From assembly GCF_009914755.1 (NCBI RefSeq), contig NC_060944.1: a stretch of 64,000 nt of DNA; one strand, given 5' to 3'. Made by a program: the position numbers and the translations under genes. The DNA comes from the human T2T-CHM13v2.0 reference genome, Homo sapiens. The notes beneath the pieces were generated by a model, which made no database searches, was not told the DNA's origin, and saw only the letters and a program-made list of their open reading frames with translations. Of this stretch, positions 35,268-61,050 are shown in pieces (the stretch's first letter is position 1; each line of letters starts with the position of its first letter).

Positions 35268-36818
35268 TTATTTTCTGTCAGGGGTTTGGTCTCTGGGTCT
35301 CTGACCCCCTGGATTGTTGAGACGCCTCGCACTGTTCCCTCCCATCTTGCCCGACTGCCCCCCACCAGCTCCCAGGCCCAGTATGTCTCTGTCCCACCCC
35401 ATCGTCTCTATAGGCCCTGTCCTGCAGTGGGTTCTGTCCCTCCCTGCAGCTTGGTAAGGTTGTTGAGGCTTCAATACACACTCCAGACCACATCCCTCTC
35501 CCTCCCAACTCTGGGACACTCTCTGCACCTCTGAAAAGAAACTCCCAGCCCTTCTTGTGCCTCTCCCTTCCTCTGGGCACCCCTTGTTCCTTATCCATCC
35601 TGGCTGGCCTGTGGCCTGTACTTCTGATCTGCACACAGGTATCACAGAGGACAGAGACCCCAGGGCCCCAGCCCCTGGTGGGGGCGGGGAGTGCAAGGGG
35701 GCAGTCGTCTTTGTTCTCGACCAGCTCCCAGCTCCCTAGGTAATGCTTTAAGAGTTACCGTGCTAGGGGATCTTTGTGGCTGAAAACATTCAGATGAACC
35801 AGATATTTAAAAGCATCCCTCATGCAAAGTCCCTCCACTGGTTGGGCCGGCCTGGGGAGGGTCAAGGCTGGGTCTCTAGTCTGGTTTTCCGGGGGCGTCT
35901 GTGTGCACTCCTTCCCCAGAACCTTGCGCTTGTCCATCCCAGGGAGAAATCAGGTGGGGAGCGGCCTCACTGCTGGCTCCTTGATGGTGACTTGCTCCAG
36001 AGGTCCGTGCTGATACCCCAGACCCCGCCCCACCAACACTTCAACTGGGACTGCGGCGTATGCACAACTGCACAGCCTCCTCTGGCAGCTCCTTGATGCT
36101 TCTGGGACGTTGACCCTCTCTCCTTTGCACCTCCACTCTTAGGAACTTGCAGCTCTCTGGGGTTAGTTCTCCTCTGTGCTGTCTGGGCTGCACCTCCTGC
36201 CCAGGAGGGGCCTCTCTGTGCTCCAGCCCTTACCAGCATCTCAGGATCTGCAGTCCTGATACTTGGAGGTCTCCCCCCCACCCCCAGCTTGAGGGCTGGC
36301 TTCCTTTCGGTGGTCTTCAAATCAACTCACACTCGGCCGTTGGAGAAGCCTATGTGTCTGGCCAGGCAGGCTCCATGGATGTGGCCAGTGTCTTTGTGGA
36401 CGGTGGGAACCAGCTTTGAAACCCTGGCCGCCCGGACCTCCGAAGCCAAACTTTCTGGGGTTCCTGCACAAGGGCAGTTCCAGTGTGGCTTCTACAGGAC
36501 CCTGACCAGCTCCTTGGTCTGGCTGTCAGCCATTGAGACAGTGGTTGAAGGCTGGGTGGCTCTAGCCTCCCCTCGTGCCTCTGATGAGGCTGGACCCTTC
36601 AAGTCTTCATATATGCCCAAACCATGGGATTCTGACCACGAGGACTTGCTTGGATGGTCTAGGCTGGAAGCTATGTCCCCAGCTCACTGTGAGGGGCAGA
36701 ATCAGTCAGTATGGAAACCGTGTTCATCTATTCATAATAATAATAATATAATATCGCGGGGCCTCTGTCTTAGAAAGGCTTTGCTCCTCACAAGGAATTC
36801 TATGCTTTTTCCCTATGA

Positions 36819-38123
<1,305 letters not shown>

Positions 38124-39340
38124 TGATTAGTGCCACAGACAGCCCAAGAAATGCTCAGCCCATTCCACCTGCCACCTGGCCTCATAGTTCGTTGGCCTGA
38201 ACTTGAATGACTACAGGCTCCTTGATCCACACCCTCCCCCAGGATTGTGCCCTCTCCAGGAAACCACCCAGCATCTGCATTACTGGGGAGCTGCCAGGCA
38301 GTGGTGGGGATGCTGGCCCTGCACCTGTCCCCGTCCTCAACCCTCCCTAGGCCTGGGCCATCTCTCTGGCTGCCTGCAGTCTGGCCCTACCTAGGGACCT
38401 CCAACAACAATGTCAATGAACACTAATTGTCATGCTCCATCCCCTCTCTGTTCTCAGGCATGTGATGTGAATCAGCTGACATCATCTTGACGGGAGCCCT
38501 GTGAGGCGGACACTTAACTCCAGTTTCACAGGTGGGGAGACTGAGACACAGTGGTCAACGTGCAGAGCCCAGAATCTGCTCCCTGGTAGCTGACTTTGCA
38601 GGCAGGGGCCTTGCCCACGCAGCCTCGGCAGAGGCCCCCGCACTTCGCGAACCCCAGCAATGGCCCCTTCCAGACGCCACGTCCAGCTACCGCGCGCTCA
38701 CACCTGCAGGGCCCCACAAGAGGCCTCCCAGTGTGCGCGGGCCTCTTGAAGAAGTAACTCTACTCAGAGGCCCGAATGACCCAAACTGGGCTCTGGGAGG
38801 CTGGGGACGGCCTTCCAGGCCAAGTGGGGCGCGCGCAGGGCTCAGCGGGGCCCAAGAGAAGGGCTGAGGGCACTGGGTCCTGAGCCACCCACCGAAGGAC
38901 GCCGCGGGACAGCAAGGCCCGAAGCAGGAGGAGAGAAGGGAGCAGATTCCTGGGCCTCCTGGGGCCCGGTCGCTCCGGGATGTCTGAGCTCTGGGAGGGG
39001 CGTGCCCGGGGCGCCTCCCTCGCGGGGTATTGTGGGATCACGAGTCACTGGCGACGGTGGGTCAGGACTACACTTCCCAGGAGGCTGTGCGCGCCGCGTG
39101 GCGCCTGGGAGTTGTGGTCCAGAGCGCGGGCGCGGCGGGCGCGGCAGGCGGGCGCGTGGACTACGCATCCTAGGATGCCGCGCGCGGCCGCGGGGCCGAG
39201 GGTTTGAACCGGGGGTCTGTCGTCCGCGGCGGGGCTGCGTCGGCTGCGGCGGGTGTGGGAGGTGGCGACGGCCGGGGCCGGGGTCCTGCCCGGCTGCGGA
39301 GGCGGGCGCGACGGGCGCGGGGGTCGCTGCTCCTGAGGCG

Positions 39341-48259
<8,919 letters not shown>

Positions 48260-49911
48260 CCCCTCGTGTAGATGTGCTGCAGCCTTGGGCCCTCCCCGGC
48301 CCACGTCCTCCGTTGACACAGCTTCTCTGGAGACCCTAGAAGGCGGCATGTCCTGCCCTCAACCTGCCTGCCTGGATTGCACCTTTCTGCCCTTTCCCCC
48401 TCATTATTAAATGTTTCTTTTTGCCATCTTGTTCTCCTCAGCCGTTACTCCTGGTGGGCCCCTGTCCCCCATGTTTGACCCGTTTCCACTGCTGTGGACA
48501 AGGCCCCTCCCTGGGGCTGGGCAGTGCTTGGGTTTGGCCCTGGTGGGTCAGCCCCAGGAGAGGAGCTTGGCTGACCTTCAGAGATCACCTGGGGCGGCTC
48601 TGCCTGTGAGGGCAGGTGGGGAGAGGGTCTTGTGTGCGTCCTGTGCAGGGCAGTGTCCTCCCCAACGCCTCAGGCATGGGCAGCTCGGACCTCTCGGCAC
48701 TTCAGGACAGCTTGTCCCCATGCTGCCTTCTCTGTTCTTGTGGGAGTTGTGGTCTCAGGGCCCTGAGCCAATTTCAGCTTCAACTCACTTAACTTCCCAG
48801 AAATGCAGGGGATGGGCTGGTGAGCACTCAACTCATGGGGCCTGTGAGATGAGAAAGATGACATTGGGCCTGGCACCAAGTGGCCCCTCCTGCCCCAGCC
48901 AGCCTGCCTCTGGGGACCCCGTCCGGCTGGGCCTGGGCGGCACCTCCTGTTGCCTCTCGACTTCTGAGGTGCTGTGGGTCACTGTTCTGGCCCGACTTTC
49001 AGCTAAGGAGGCTGAGGCCGAGGGCGTGGAGCTCATGCCCCGGGCAGGGTTAAGCATAGCCACCCACTGGGACCACTGTTCTGAGGAGGGGTCTGGTGGA
49101 GGCCAGGGCATGGGAAGAGGGCAAGCACACGGCTGTGTGTCCCCTCCAAGGGGCACTGGAGCCCCTGCCCTGGGACAAGGACACTTCTCCCCAGCCCTGA
49201 GTCTGGGGCCACTCATTCTCCAGTCTCTCCCCAGACTTGGACAAAAATGAGTAGAGACTTTGCTTTAAAAATATCTTCAATAATAAGACATCCTATTTTT
49301 GGGGGGTTAGGGATAGAGATAAATATGAAAACTTTTTTTTGATAAAACACCTAGTAAGGACATGTTTCCAGGTTTAAAGTTCATGAACATATAAAACAGA
49401 AATTGGGTCCTGCCACCTTGAGTGCAGGATTCTGAGGTCCTAAATCTGGTTCTGAGGTTCTGTGTTTGATTCTGGGGTACAGACAGCTCAAGTAGGAGGT
49501 CTCCTTATGTCACAAAACTACACGATGCGGAGGTTCTGTTCCCCACCAAAGGCTTGTCTGGGGCCCATCGGCTGCCTGGGGAGGAGGCCCCAGCGAGGCT
49601 CATGGGTCCAGCATGGCTCCTGGGGGGACCCCTACTCTCACCACGCAAGAGCCCCCAGCCAGGAGCACTGGGCCAGCCAGCTGCGGGCCGATGAGGGGGC
49701 TTCTGGCCCGCCCTGCACCTGGAGTTCCTGCTTGGCCACGGGTGGGCAGACCCAGGAGACACAGCACTCCCCACTGGGTCTAGGACCGTCTCCGCGGGTG
49801 GGGACCCCAGCCGGCCAGGCATGTGCCCTGACAGCCCTGCCGACACCAACACCTGAAGGGAACCCAGAGTCGGCCGTAGGAGGCGGCGGGGTCTGTGCTG
49901 CTGGGGGCGGC

Positions 49912-52941
<3,030 letters not shown>

Positions 52942-53009
52942 GGGTGGGCGGAGGAGGTTGCCCAGGCTCCGTGGTACCAGCTCTCAGACCCTCACCACAG
53001 CCTGGGGGT

Positions 53010-53065
53010 CTGGGGAGAGGGGCCAAGGTTCTGACTGAGAACCTGAAACCCCAGCCCCTGCCTAC
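53010..53065 (-). ncRNA. MIR6813: MIR6813 precursor, tailed mirtron at the 3' end of RGS19 intron 1
   Basis: Minus strand CAGGGGCTGGGGTTTCAGGTTCT (53060-53038) and AACCTTGGCCCCTCTCCCCAG (53030-53010) match recalled miR-6813-5p/3p; the 3p arm ends at the acceptor CAG. Confidence 0.8.
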
Positions 53066-55449
53066 CCCTTAGGAGGGGTCCTGAGAGGGTGTCTCCCTAG
53101 CGGGGCCTGCTCCTGCCTCTGGACCCAGCTCTGCCTAGGGCTTCTACCCCGACCCCAAGCTTACAGCAGGGCTGGGAGGGGGTCCAGGATCATTGAGGAG
53201 GGAGCTGCAGCAGCTTCTGGCCCCTCCTCCCAGGCTGGGCCCCAGATGAGGCCCCCACTGGAGGTTCCGAGACACCCCCATCCGCTCACTCCCTGGGAAG
53301 CCGGAAGCCTGGGTTCCTCTTTCTTGGTTTCCGGCTCCCAGCCCCTCCCAAAGGGGCCCCGAGAGTCTGGGGCTACCAACTGGTGCGTGCGGGTGGTGGC
53401 CAGACTGGCTTCTAGGGTGTCTGGGGTGGGGAGTGGGCAGAGTGGCTTCCCACCAAGAGTCCAGGTCTGTCTGTGGGTCCCAGAGGTCTCAGCCAGGGGC
53501 AGCAGGCTAGACCTGCAGCAGTGAGGATTTAAGTGGGACTCAGGCTGGACTTGCTGAGGGTGTGGGAAGGGGGGCAGGGCCCCGGTGAGGAGGGACATGC
53601 CCCCCAAACATGGTTCTTTGGTCCTGCTACCTCCCACCCAAGACTTCCCTCCCTCCTTGCCCACTGCCTCTAGGCTGTGAAACTGCTGTGGAACCAAGGC
53701 CCTACCACAGGGTGCGCCAGCCAGGGAAGTGGGGGTGGCAGGGGTGGGGGGCACCCTGCTCCCCAGTCGAAGCCTCGGAGTCCCTGAGGGGGGTGTGGTG
53801 TGGTGCATGTCCCTCCCAGCATTTGGTTGCACCGTCTGCAGGGGAGGTGCACCAGGAGCGCCAAAGCTGTGAGTGGCCCTCATGCCACCTAAGATGCCAC
53901 TTCGAATCCCAAGTCTCCTTGGGCGATGGTACAGGGGGGCCAATCAGTGCCCCGGAGGCAGTTGTGAACACCTGCGCCCACTTCTGCCCAGGGCAGGGAG
54001 GGGCCTCCGTGCACATCCGCCACCCTCCTCATGTGCCGCCACCCTCCCTGGCCAGGAAGCTCACAACTTGATTCTACTTTATTTTCTCAATCTTCATCCC
54101 CCCGCCACGCCTCCCCTAGCTCGTGGCCTTTGAATGCTTGTTTCTGGCTGGTTGGCTTCTCTTGGCCTCCTGGGACGGTGTGTGAATGGCCCTCAGAAGA
54201 GACAGTGCTGGAGTTCTGCACTCTTAGGGCCCCCAATACCCCCGAGGCCTGGGCATGCAGAGGCCACTGCCCTGGCCCAAGTCTGGGGCAGGTGCAGCAT
54301 CCCCTGGGACCTTGGCCCCTCACCACCGGCCCAGTTTCCTCTGAGACTGGGGGTCCCACGGGCTCCTAGCAAGTAGATGAGGAGACCGAAAGTAGCCCTG
54401 CAGCTGGGCTTTCTTTCAGGGGTCAAGTTTCTAGGGAAAGGAAGGGGCGTGGCAACCTGAGGTTTGGTAGCTGTACCCAGACGGGGCTGTCTGTGGCTTC
54501 CCCAGGCAGCAGTTCTTCCTCCTCTCTGTCCCCACCCAGGGTCCTCCCCCACACTCTAGCACCCCTGAGACTGTCCCCCTGGGCTACCATCTCCACCCCA
54601 GCTCTGAACTGGAGGAGGGGACGTGTTTAGGGGTGCAGGGCCGGGGTGCTAGGGGCTGCATTTGCTGCAGAGCAGGGAGCCAGCCCCTTCTTTCCCAGTT
54701 GCAGGCCCTGGACCTGGTCACCTGTCCCTGGACCTGGCTTCCTGTACCCTTCTCAGGTCAACTGGGGCAACCCATGTCCCCAGGCTACCCTCCCCCCGTC
54801 TCTCCTGGGGGATACAGAGTCTCAACTAGGGTCCTCCTGCTTGTCAACCTGGCATTGGGGACCCCCTTCCCCAGCCTCCCAGGCTTTGGCCCCCAAGTCT
54901 GGGATGGGATAGGCTGGATAGGCGGCACGTCTGCTCTCTGGGGATAGAGGATCCCTTGGGAGTGGCTGCCGCTTTGCTCCACAGAAGGAAAAAGAACGTC
55001 CCAGAGCCTGCCCAGTCCAAAAAAAGAATAAGAAAATGTGACAATCCCAGAAAAAAATGTCATAACCTTTGGGAGGGGGGTTGAAGAGGGGCTCCATTCT
55101 CAGTCCTTAGCTCCTACCCAGGGCCTTTCCCATCTGCCACCCTCCACATCTGGCTGGTGGGCGAGCCCTGGCCTGGCCCCTCCAGGGAAGGCCAGCTCTC
55201 CCCACCTCTGAAATGGTGGTGGTGGCCCACCCACCACGCTCCTCTCTCTGCTGTTAGGGTCCAGTCTGGAGAAGCCTGTGTTCTCCTCCAGGTGCCTCTT
55301 TCTTCAGCCTCTGACGCCCCCACCCCTACCTCAAAGCTCCCTACTCACCAGCGACCCAAAGGCGGGGTGGGGGCAGGAGGGGCCAGGTTGGGTCTGGGCC
55401 CCACCCTGGCTGCCGAAGGGGCGTGCACTGCAGCAGCAGGGACTCAAGT

Positions 55450-56450
55450 CAGACGGCAGGAGGGACTCCTGCGGCGCTCTGGAGGGAGGCTAGCGCCAGG
55501 AGCCCCCGATCGGCTGGGGCCGGGGGCGCAGCGCCTCCCCTACAGCTCGAAGGGCTGAGTGGCTGCCAGATCCAGCGGGGTGGGGGCGGGGGCGGACAGG
55601 GTGTCCCGCCCCGGCCCCTCCTCACCGGGCTGAGAGGGGGAGGGAGACGCGGAAACCTGGGTTCTTCCGGCCCCCACCTTTGAGCAATCACTTCCCCAGG
55701 CTTTGAGCTCCAGAAAAAGGGGAACCCGGCTGCGGCGCCCCCTCCCCCACGCGCGGGGGGCGGGCTCCACTTCCACTGCGGCCCAGGGTCCACGTGGACC
55801 TGGCGGCGGGAGCCCTTGGGGTTCGAGTCCCGTGCGCCGGCTCCCGAAGCTCCCGCCCAGCACGGTCCCCGGGCCCGGGCCGGGAGGGGCAGGGCCGCTG
55901 TCCCCGGCGCTGCGCGCGCGCACTCACCAGCCGCGCTCCCGAGCCACTCGCGCCGCCGCCGGCCCGCGCGCTCCAAGGTCCGGCCCGACAGTCGGGGAGG
56001 GGGCGCGGGGTCGCAGTGCGCAGGCGCCTCGGCGGCACTTCCCCAAAGCCAGGGGCCGGGACTTCCTCGCGCCGGCGGTCGCCGGGCCCGCCCCGCCCGC
56101 CGCGCCCCGCCCCGCGCTCGGCCGGCTCCGCACCCCACCCGCCCCGCCCGCGCGTCGGCCTCCACAGTCGCCTGGGGGTGGCCCGGAGAGTCGAGGTGCT
56201 CATAGTGGAGCCCTGGCTCCCGGGCGGACGGAGCCGCACGGTAGTAGATGGGGGTGTGGCCGTGGCCCCCGACTCTGCTCGGCGGGGCCGTTCCTGCTTT
56301 GCCATCCGTGTGGGACTTCCACGACAGTGGAGGCACGAGAGCTGGGCCCCATATGCTGCTTGCCCAGCTTGGGAAAGAGGAGGCTGCTGCAAAGGACCGA
56401 TCGGCGGGTACGCCAGCCCGGCCCACCCCTCGCCTCCGTGAGCCGCGTCT
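55450..56450. promoter_or_regulatory. Bidirectional CpG-island promoter shared by RGS19 (-) and OPRL1 (+)
   Basis: CpG island with GC boxes, minus-strand donors (ctcacc at 55621, cactcacc at 55921) and a plus-strand donor cgg|gtacgc at 56408; head-to-head layout is established. Confidence 0.8.
56130..56407 (+). other. OPRL1: Probable OPRL1 non-coding first exon (start approximate; coding exons lie beyond the window)
   Basis: Position opposite RGS19, donor at 56408, known gene order; no receptor ORF in the window. Confidence 0.55.
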
Positions 56451-59400
56451 GTAAAACTGGGTTAAGAGCCGCCTGTCTGTGCTGTGGGGGGTTCCCAAGG
56501 AAGGGGGAGATTCCTGTGCTGCGGGGCTGGGGAGAACTGGGGGTGCGGGTTCTTGCATCCGGAGTCATGCCGAATGTCTCCTGTGGGGCCTGGCAGAGTC
56601 CCTGCTGACCCGTGTGTCCCAAGATGTCCTAAAGCTTAAGGCCACACTGTCCCCTTTGCCACGAACGCCCTGTCCCTTTGGCCGACTCTTCTCATCCTTT
56701 ATGACTCGGTACAGACGTGGGTTAGGCTTCTCATCGCAGCATGCTTTGGCCCTGTGTCAGGGTGGCCCTGACCCTGCTCTGGAAGTGTCTGCAGAGCATC
56801 TGTGCCCCCCGCCCCTCCCCTGGCCCGGCTGTGTGCAGCTCCTGTCCTCCCCAGCACAAGCACTCCACCCGGATAGTTCCCAGTGTCGGGATCTGTTCAT
56901 AAAATGCCTTCCAGTTGCACAGGTCAGGTGCACACCTTACACCTTCACAGAACTCTGAGGGGTGCAAAGGCAGCTGGAGATTCTACTTGTATTCCTCATT
57001 CAACGGACAAGTATCAGTATCTGGGTGCCCCTGTGGGCCAGGCAGTAGGACCAGAAGCCAGCAACATAGATCAGCCTGGATCTTATGCTGGGGGGCGCAG
57101 AGTGAGTTGTGGGGAGCAGGCAGGGAAGGCCTGGGTGAGAGGGGGGAGGGCTGAGGAGGGGAGGGTATTGCGCTGCTGAGCGGGGGCGGGGGCCCGAAGG
57201 GGGAGGTCAGAGGTCAGAGGGCCCTGGAGGACAGACAGGCTGCCTCTCGAAGCTGTACCCAGAACCCTGTGACTGCCATGTTGTCAGGCCAGGCAAGGAA
57301 AGGCAGGGGCCAGGAAGCCCACAGGGACAAGAGGCAGGCTGCTACTTATTCAGCCCACATAACACTCCTGAGCGGTGGGCACAGGTGAGGTCAGGGAAGC
57401 TCAACGAAGATGGGCCAGCACCTGGCCCAGGCCACACACAACCAGGCTGACCCCGCTGAGCCGGCCTGTTGTCTCTGCTGTGGGAAAATGCAGCTGTGGG
57501 CAGCTGGCAGGGGGTGAAGGTCAGTGCCCTCCCTGCCCCCTCGGGTCACTCTACAACCCCCCAGTCATTCGCCCGTCTCCTCTGGCCCCTTGGGCCTGCT
57601 CTCCACCGCCCTGGCTTCTGCCTCTCGGCACACAGCATCCTGAAGTCCATGGGTGGGGCCAGGTGAGCTGGGCAGTTGATGGCGGAGCTGGGATTTGAAC
57701 CCAGGACCCTCTGCGCCCTGACAGCCCTCAATATATTGGGCTTTGGACCACATGCCTTCCTTCCCATAGAGCTTTCTACAGGCAGGCGTCCCTCCAGGCC
57801 CCATTCCCCAGCCTCCTTTGCACATCCAGCACCCCCTGCGCCTTTTCATGGGGATCAAAGGGCCCGAGTGCCGGCCTGACCCTGGTGCAGTCACTGAGGT
57901 CACTGTCTTGCTGGCCTTCTCTGGGTGCTGGGTCTGCTGTGCCTGTCTCTGCCCCTCTTCCCTCTTGCCTGTCTGATGCAGAGTGACCCATCCCCTTTGG
58001 AGCACTTGCTGCTGTGGGGTACTGCACCAAGACCCTTATTTTAAAGATAAAGAAATGGAGTCTCAGAGAAATGGTGAAATAATATGTGATTCTCCCAGTA
58101 GATGAACTCATTCTAGGCACTCAGTCAATCCCCAAGACACAGAATCCTGGGGTCCAGGCTGCAGGGAGTTTGGCCAGACGACACCAGGGCTGGCTGTCAT
58201 CACATGTCACAAGCACATCAGGGTGTGAGTGGCTGCCACTCCTGGACAGACTGCCTCCCTTCCCTGTCTGTCTGCCCCTGCTCAAGCCCCTTCTCCCTGG
58301 CCTCCTTCCTCTCTACCCTTCCCTTCCTGAAACCCCTCCTGTCATCTCTCTGTCCCCTCCTTGTCAGCTGACTTCTGAGCTCTGTATACAGTCTGGGCTT
58401 GGGTCAAGGCCAAGGGCAGCAACAGCCCAGAAAGAGTAAAGTGCTCGGTGCACGGGGAGAAGGGCTGGCTGAGGGGCGAGTGCGCAGGGCTCCACCCCCT
58501 GGCCGGGGCTGGGGAGAAACACTGGCTGCCATGGAGCAGGATCCCTTCTGGACACCAGTTCTGACCTCTGCCCCTCCTTCCAGTCAGCTGGAGCCCCCTA
58601 GCAGGAGGAGCGGTTTGTCTGAGTTCCTGCGGTCCCGCTTCTGTGCAGCCTGCTGGGCAGGGGGCTGGGAGGGAGGAAAAGGAAGCGGGGGCCTAGGGAA
58701 GCCCCAGCGTCTGCAAAGAGCTCACGCTGGGGAGAAAAGTAAGGTCTGCCCAGAAACCTCGGGGCTTTTCAGAGTCCAGGGATTTTGTAGGTCGTGGGCC
58801 TGTTTGTCAGAATGGGACAGGGGTGGCTTCCTTTCGTACTGCATGCGTGAGTGTGTGTGGGGTGTGTGTGTGTGGGGGGGTGGGTGTGGGGGTGTGGCAT
58901 GGGGCATTAAAGGGGTCACAGGAGGCTATTCAGGATGGAAAGGAAGGCCAGAGGGTGGGATTTTTGTCTGGGGGCCGCAGGGGTTCCCCTTGCCCAGTCT
59001 CTTGGTCCTCTTGGGCACAGCTGCTGCTTCTTCAAAGGCCAGCTTAGGTCACTTCCGCTGCCCACAGCACTGCCCTCTCCCTGGCCCCCTGGTGGGATGA
59101 CTCGCACTCGAGACCACTGCAGCCTGAGGCTACCCTTACATCTGGGGGTGACTTCTGCTGAAACAGGCTCTTTCTCCGTCCTCCCCAAGACTGGGGGCCT
59201 CCCATAGACCCACAGAACGCCAGGTTGCCAGTGGGGGGCAGATCGGGATTAGGGGTAGGCGTGTCCCTGACCTGTTACTTTCACACCCACCCACTTGCGT
59301 CTCCCCACTTTTTTGGGAGAGGCCCCACTCTCTGTACCCTGATGTCTGTGAGGTGCATGGGAGAGGCAGCGTCCATACTCCCCGCTTCCCTCGGGGTCCT

Positions 59401-59489
59401 GGGGAGTGGCAGCAAAAAGACCAGCGAGCCTTCGGAGAATTATAACTTTATGTGGGAGGCTGGGGCGCGTCGCACACTCTCAGTCGCCG

Positions 59490-60274
59490 TCACCGCGGGA
59501 AGATGGTGCCATCCACGTTCTCCTCCAGGATGGTCTCCACGCGCCTCCGCTGCCGGGGAGAGAGGCTGGGGTCCGGCGTGTGCGGAGGCGGGCAGGGCCC
59601 CTCCCCTTTCCCCGCCCCTACCGGGGCTTGTCTGCACCTCTTGGCGGTCCAGGGGGTCCGGGATCCGCGCGGGCTTCAGCTGCGGCGGCAGGAACAGCTC
59701 CAGCCGGATGGCGGCGCGCGCGGACTTCTGCCGCTGGATGAGCAGCGCGATCTCCTCGGCCTGCGGGGCCCGGGTAGCTGAGCGCGCGCCGAGCCCCGCC
59801 CCGCCCCGCCCCGGCCGGCTCCGCTCAACGCTCCCGGTGCGCCCCCTCTGCCCTCCGACCCCCTCGCCTCACCCGCATGCGGGTGTAGCGCAGCCGCAGG
59901 GCGCGGACTCGCCCGCGGGCCTCCGCTGCCTTGAGGACGCCGAGGAGCCGGTTCTGGCGCTCGGCGGGCAGCTCGAGCGACTGCGTCCACGGGCGCGGGT
60001 CGGGCATGCGGTACCCCGGTTCCACCGACCCGCACGGGAAGGTGGAGGCCGCCGCGCCCACGTCCTCCAGCAGGTCGCCGAAGAGCAGATGGCGGTGGCG
60101 CTGCGCAGGGAGCATGGCCGCCAGTCCCTGCGGCGTCAGGGCCCAGCCCGGCTTGGGGGGCTCTGTCGCGGGCGCCCCCTTGGCACGCTCCTCACCCTGC
60201 GCCGTGCCTGGCGCGCTCTTCCCGCTTCGCTCCCGCGGGCCCTTGCGCCCGCCCTCCTTCGCTGGCGGCGGCAT
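59490..60274 (-). CDS. LKAAEAR1: LKAAEAR1 (C20orf201), 194 aa. Exons 60274-59873, 59760-59638, 59549-59490
   Basis: MPPPAKEGGRK...LLGVLKAAEARGRVRALRLRYTRMR|AEEIALLIQRQK...LDRQE|RRRVETILEENVDGTIFPR*; contains the eponymous motif; phase-0 GT-AG introns. Confidence 0.92.
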
Positions 60275-61030
60275 CCTCCCGCCCTGCGGAGGGAGGAGGG
60301 CGTCCCGTCGGTGCCGGGGCTGGCACCGGGCCCTGCCCGCCCCTCGGCAGGGCCCCAACGTGCGCCCCAGCTCCCGCCCGCTGGGCTCTCCGCAGTCGGT
60401 TTTGAGTTCCGCACCCCCAGCCTCTGAGCTTTGCCCAGGCGCTCTCCCTCTCCCAAGCGCACGTCCCCAGCAGCTCTGCCATCGGCTGATCCTGCTCAGT
60501 CCTGCAGTCAACTAGGACTTTCTGATCAACTCAGTTGTAGGAAATATCTTTCCTACCCGATGGACTGTTCTGTTTGAATTGAGAAAATGCTGAGACCCCA
60601 CTGGGTTGATCTCAGGCCCTGCCACATGGAGAGCTCTAGGTGACGCCTGGGGGACCTTCGTTGTGCCCCTATGTCTGCGGTCCCCGACAGTCAGGGTCTC
60701 CCACCAGACAGCTCGCTCTTGCCCTTCGAGGCCTAGATGGTTGTGGGGAGCAGAGCCTAGAGGGCAGGTGACAGAGGAGGGAGGGTCCAAAAGCCCAGCT
60801 GGCTCCTCCCTTCCCGGCCCCAGCCTACAGCTGCCACCTTGTCCAGCCAGGGCTGGGCTCGCTGTGCCAGAGGCAGAGCCACGGCCAGCCCCAGCGGCGG
60901 CTAACGCCCCCGCCCCTCCTTAGCTCCTGCAGCCGAGGCCCAGCCCCCACCTCTTGGTCCCTACACCCCCTGCTTGCTGCCTTCTCTGGTCGGAAGAACC
61001 TCCGCCGTAGCCCAGACTCTTTGGGCTTGT

Positions 61031-61050
61031 TGACGCGGTTGCCCAGCAAC
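61031..61050. promoter_or_regulatory. Half-CRE (TGACG) next to an RFX X-box (GTTGCCCAGCAAC)
   Basis: ttgacgcggttgcccagcaac in a small CpG patch about 770 bp upstream of the LKAAEAR1 ATG. Confidence 0.55.
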
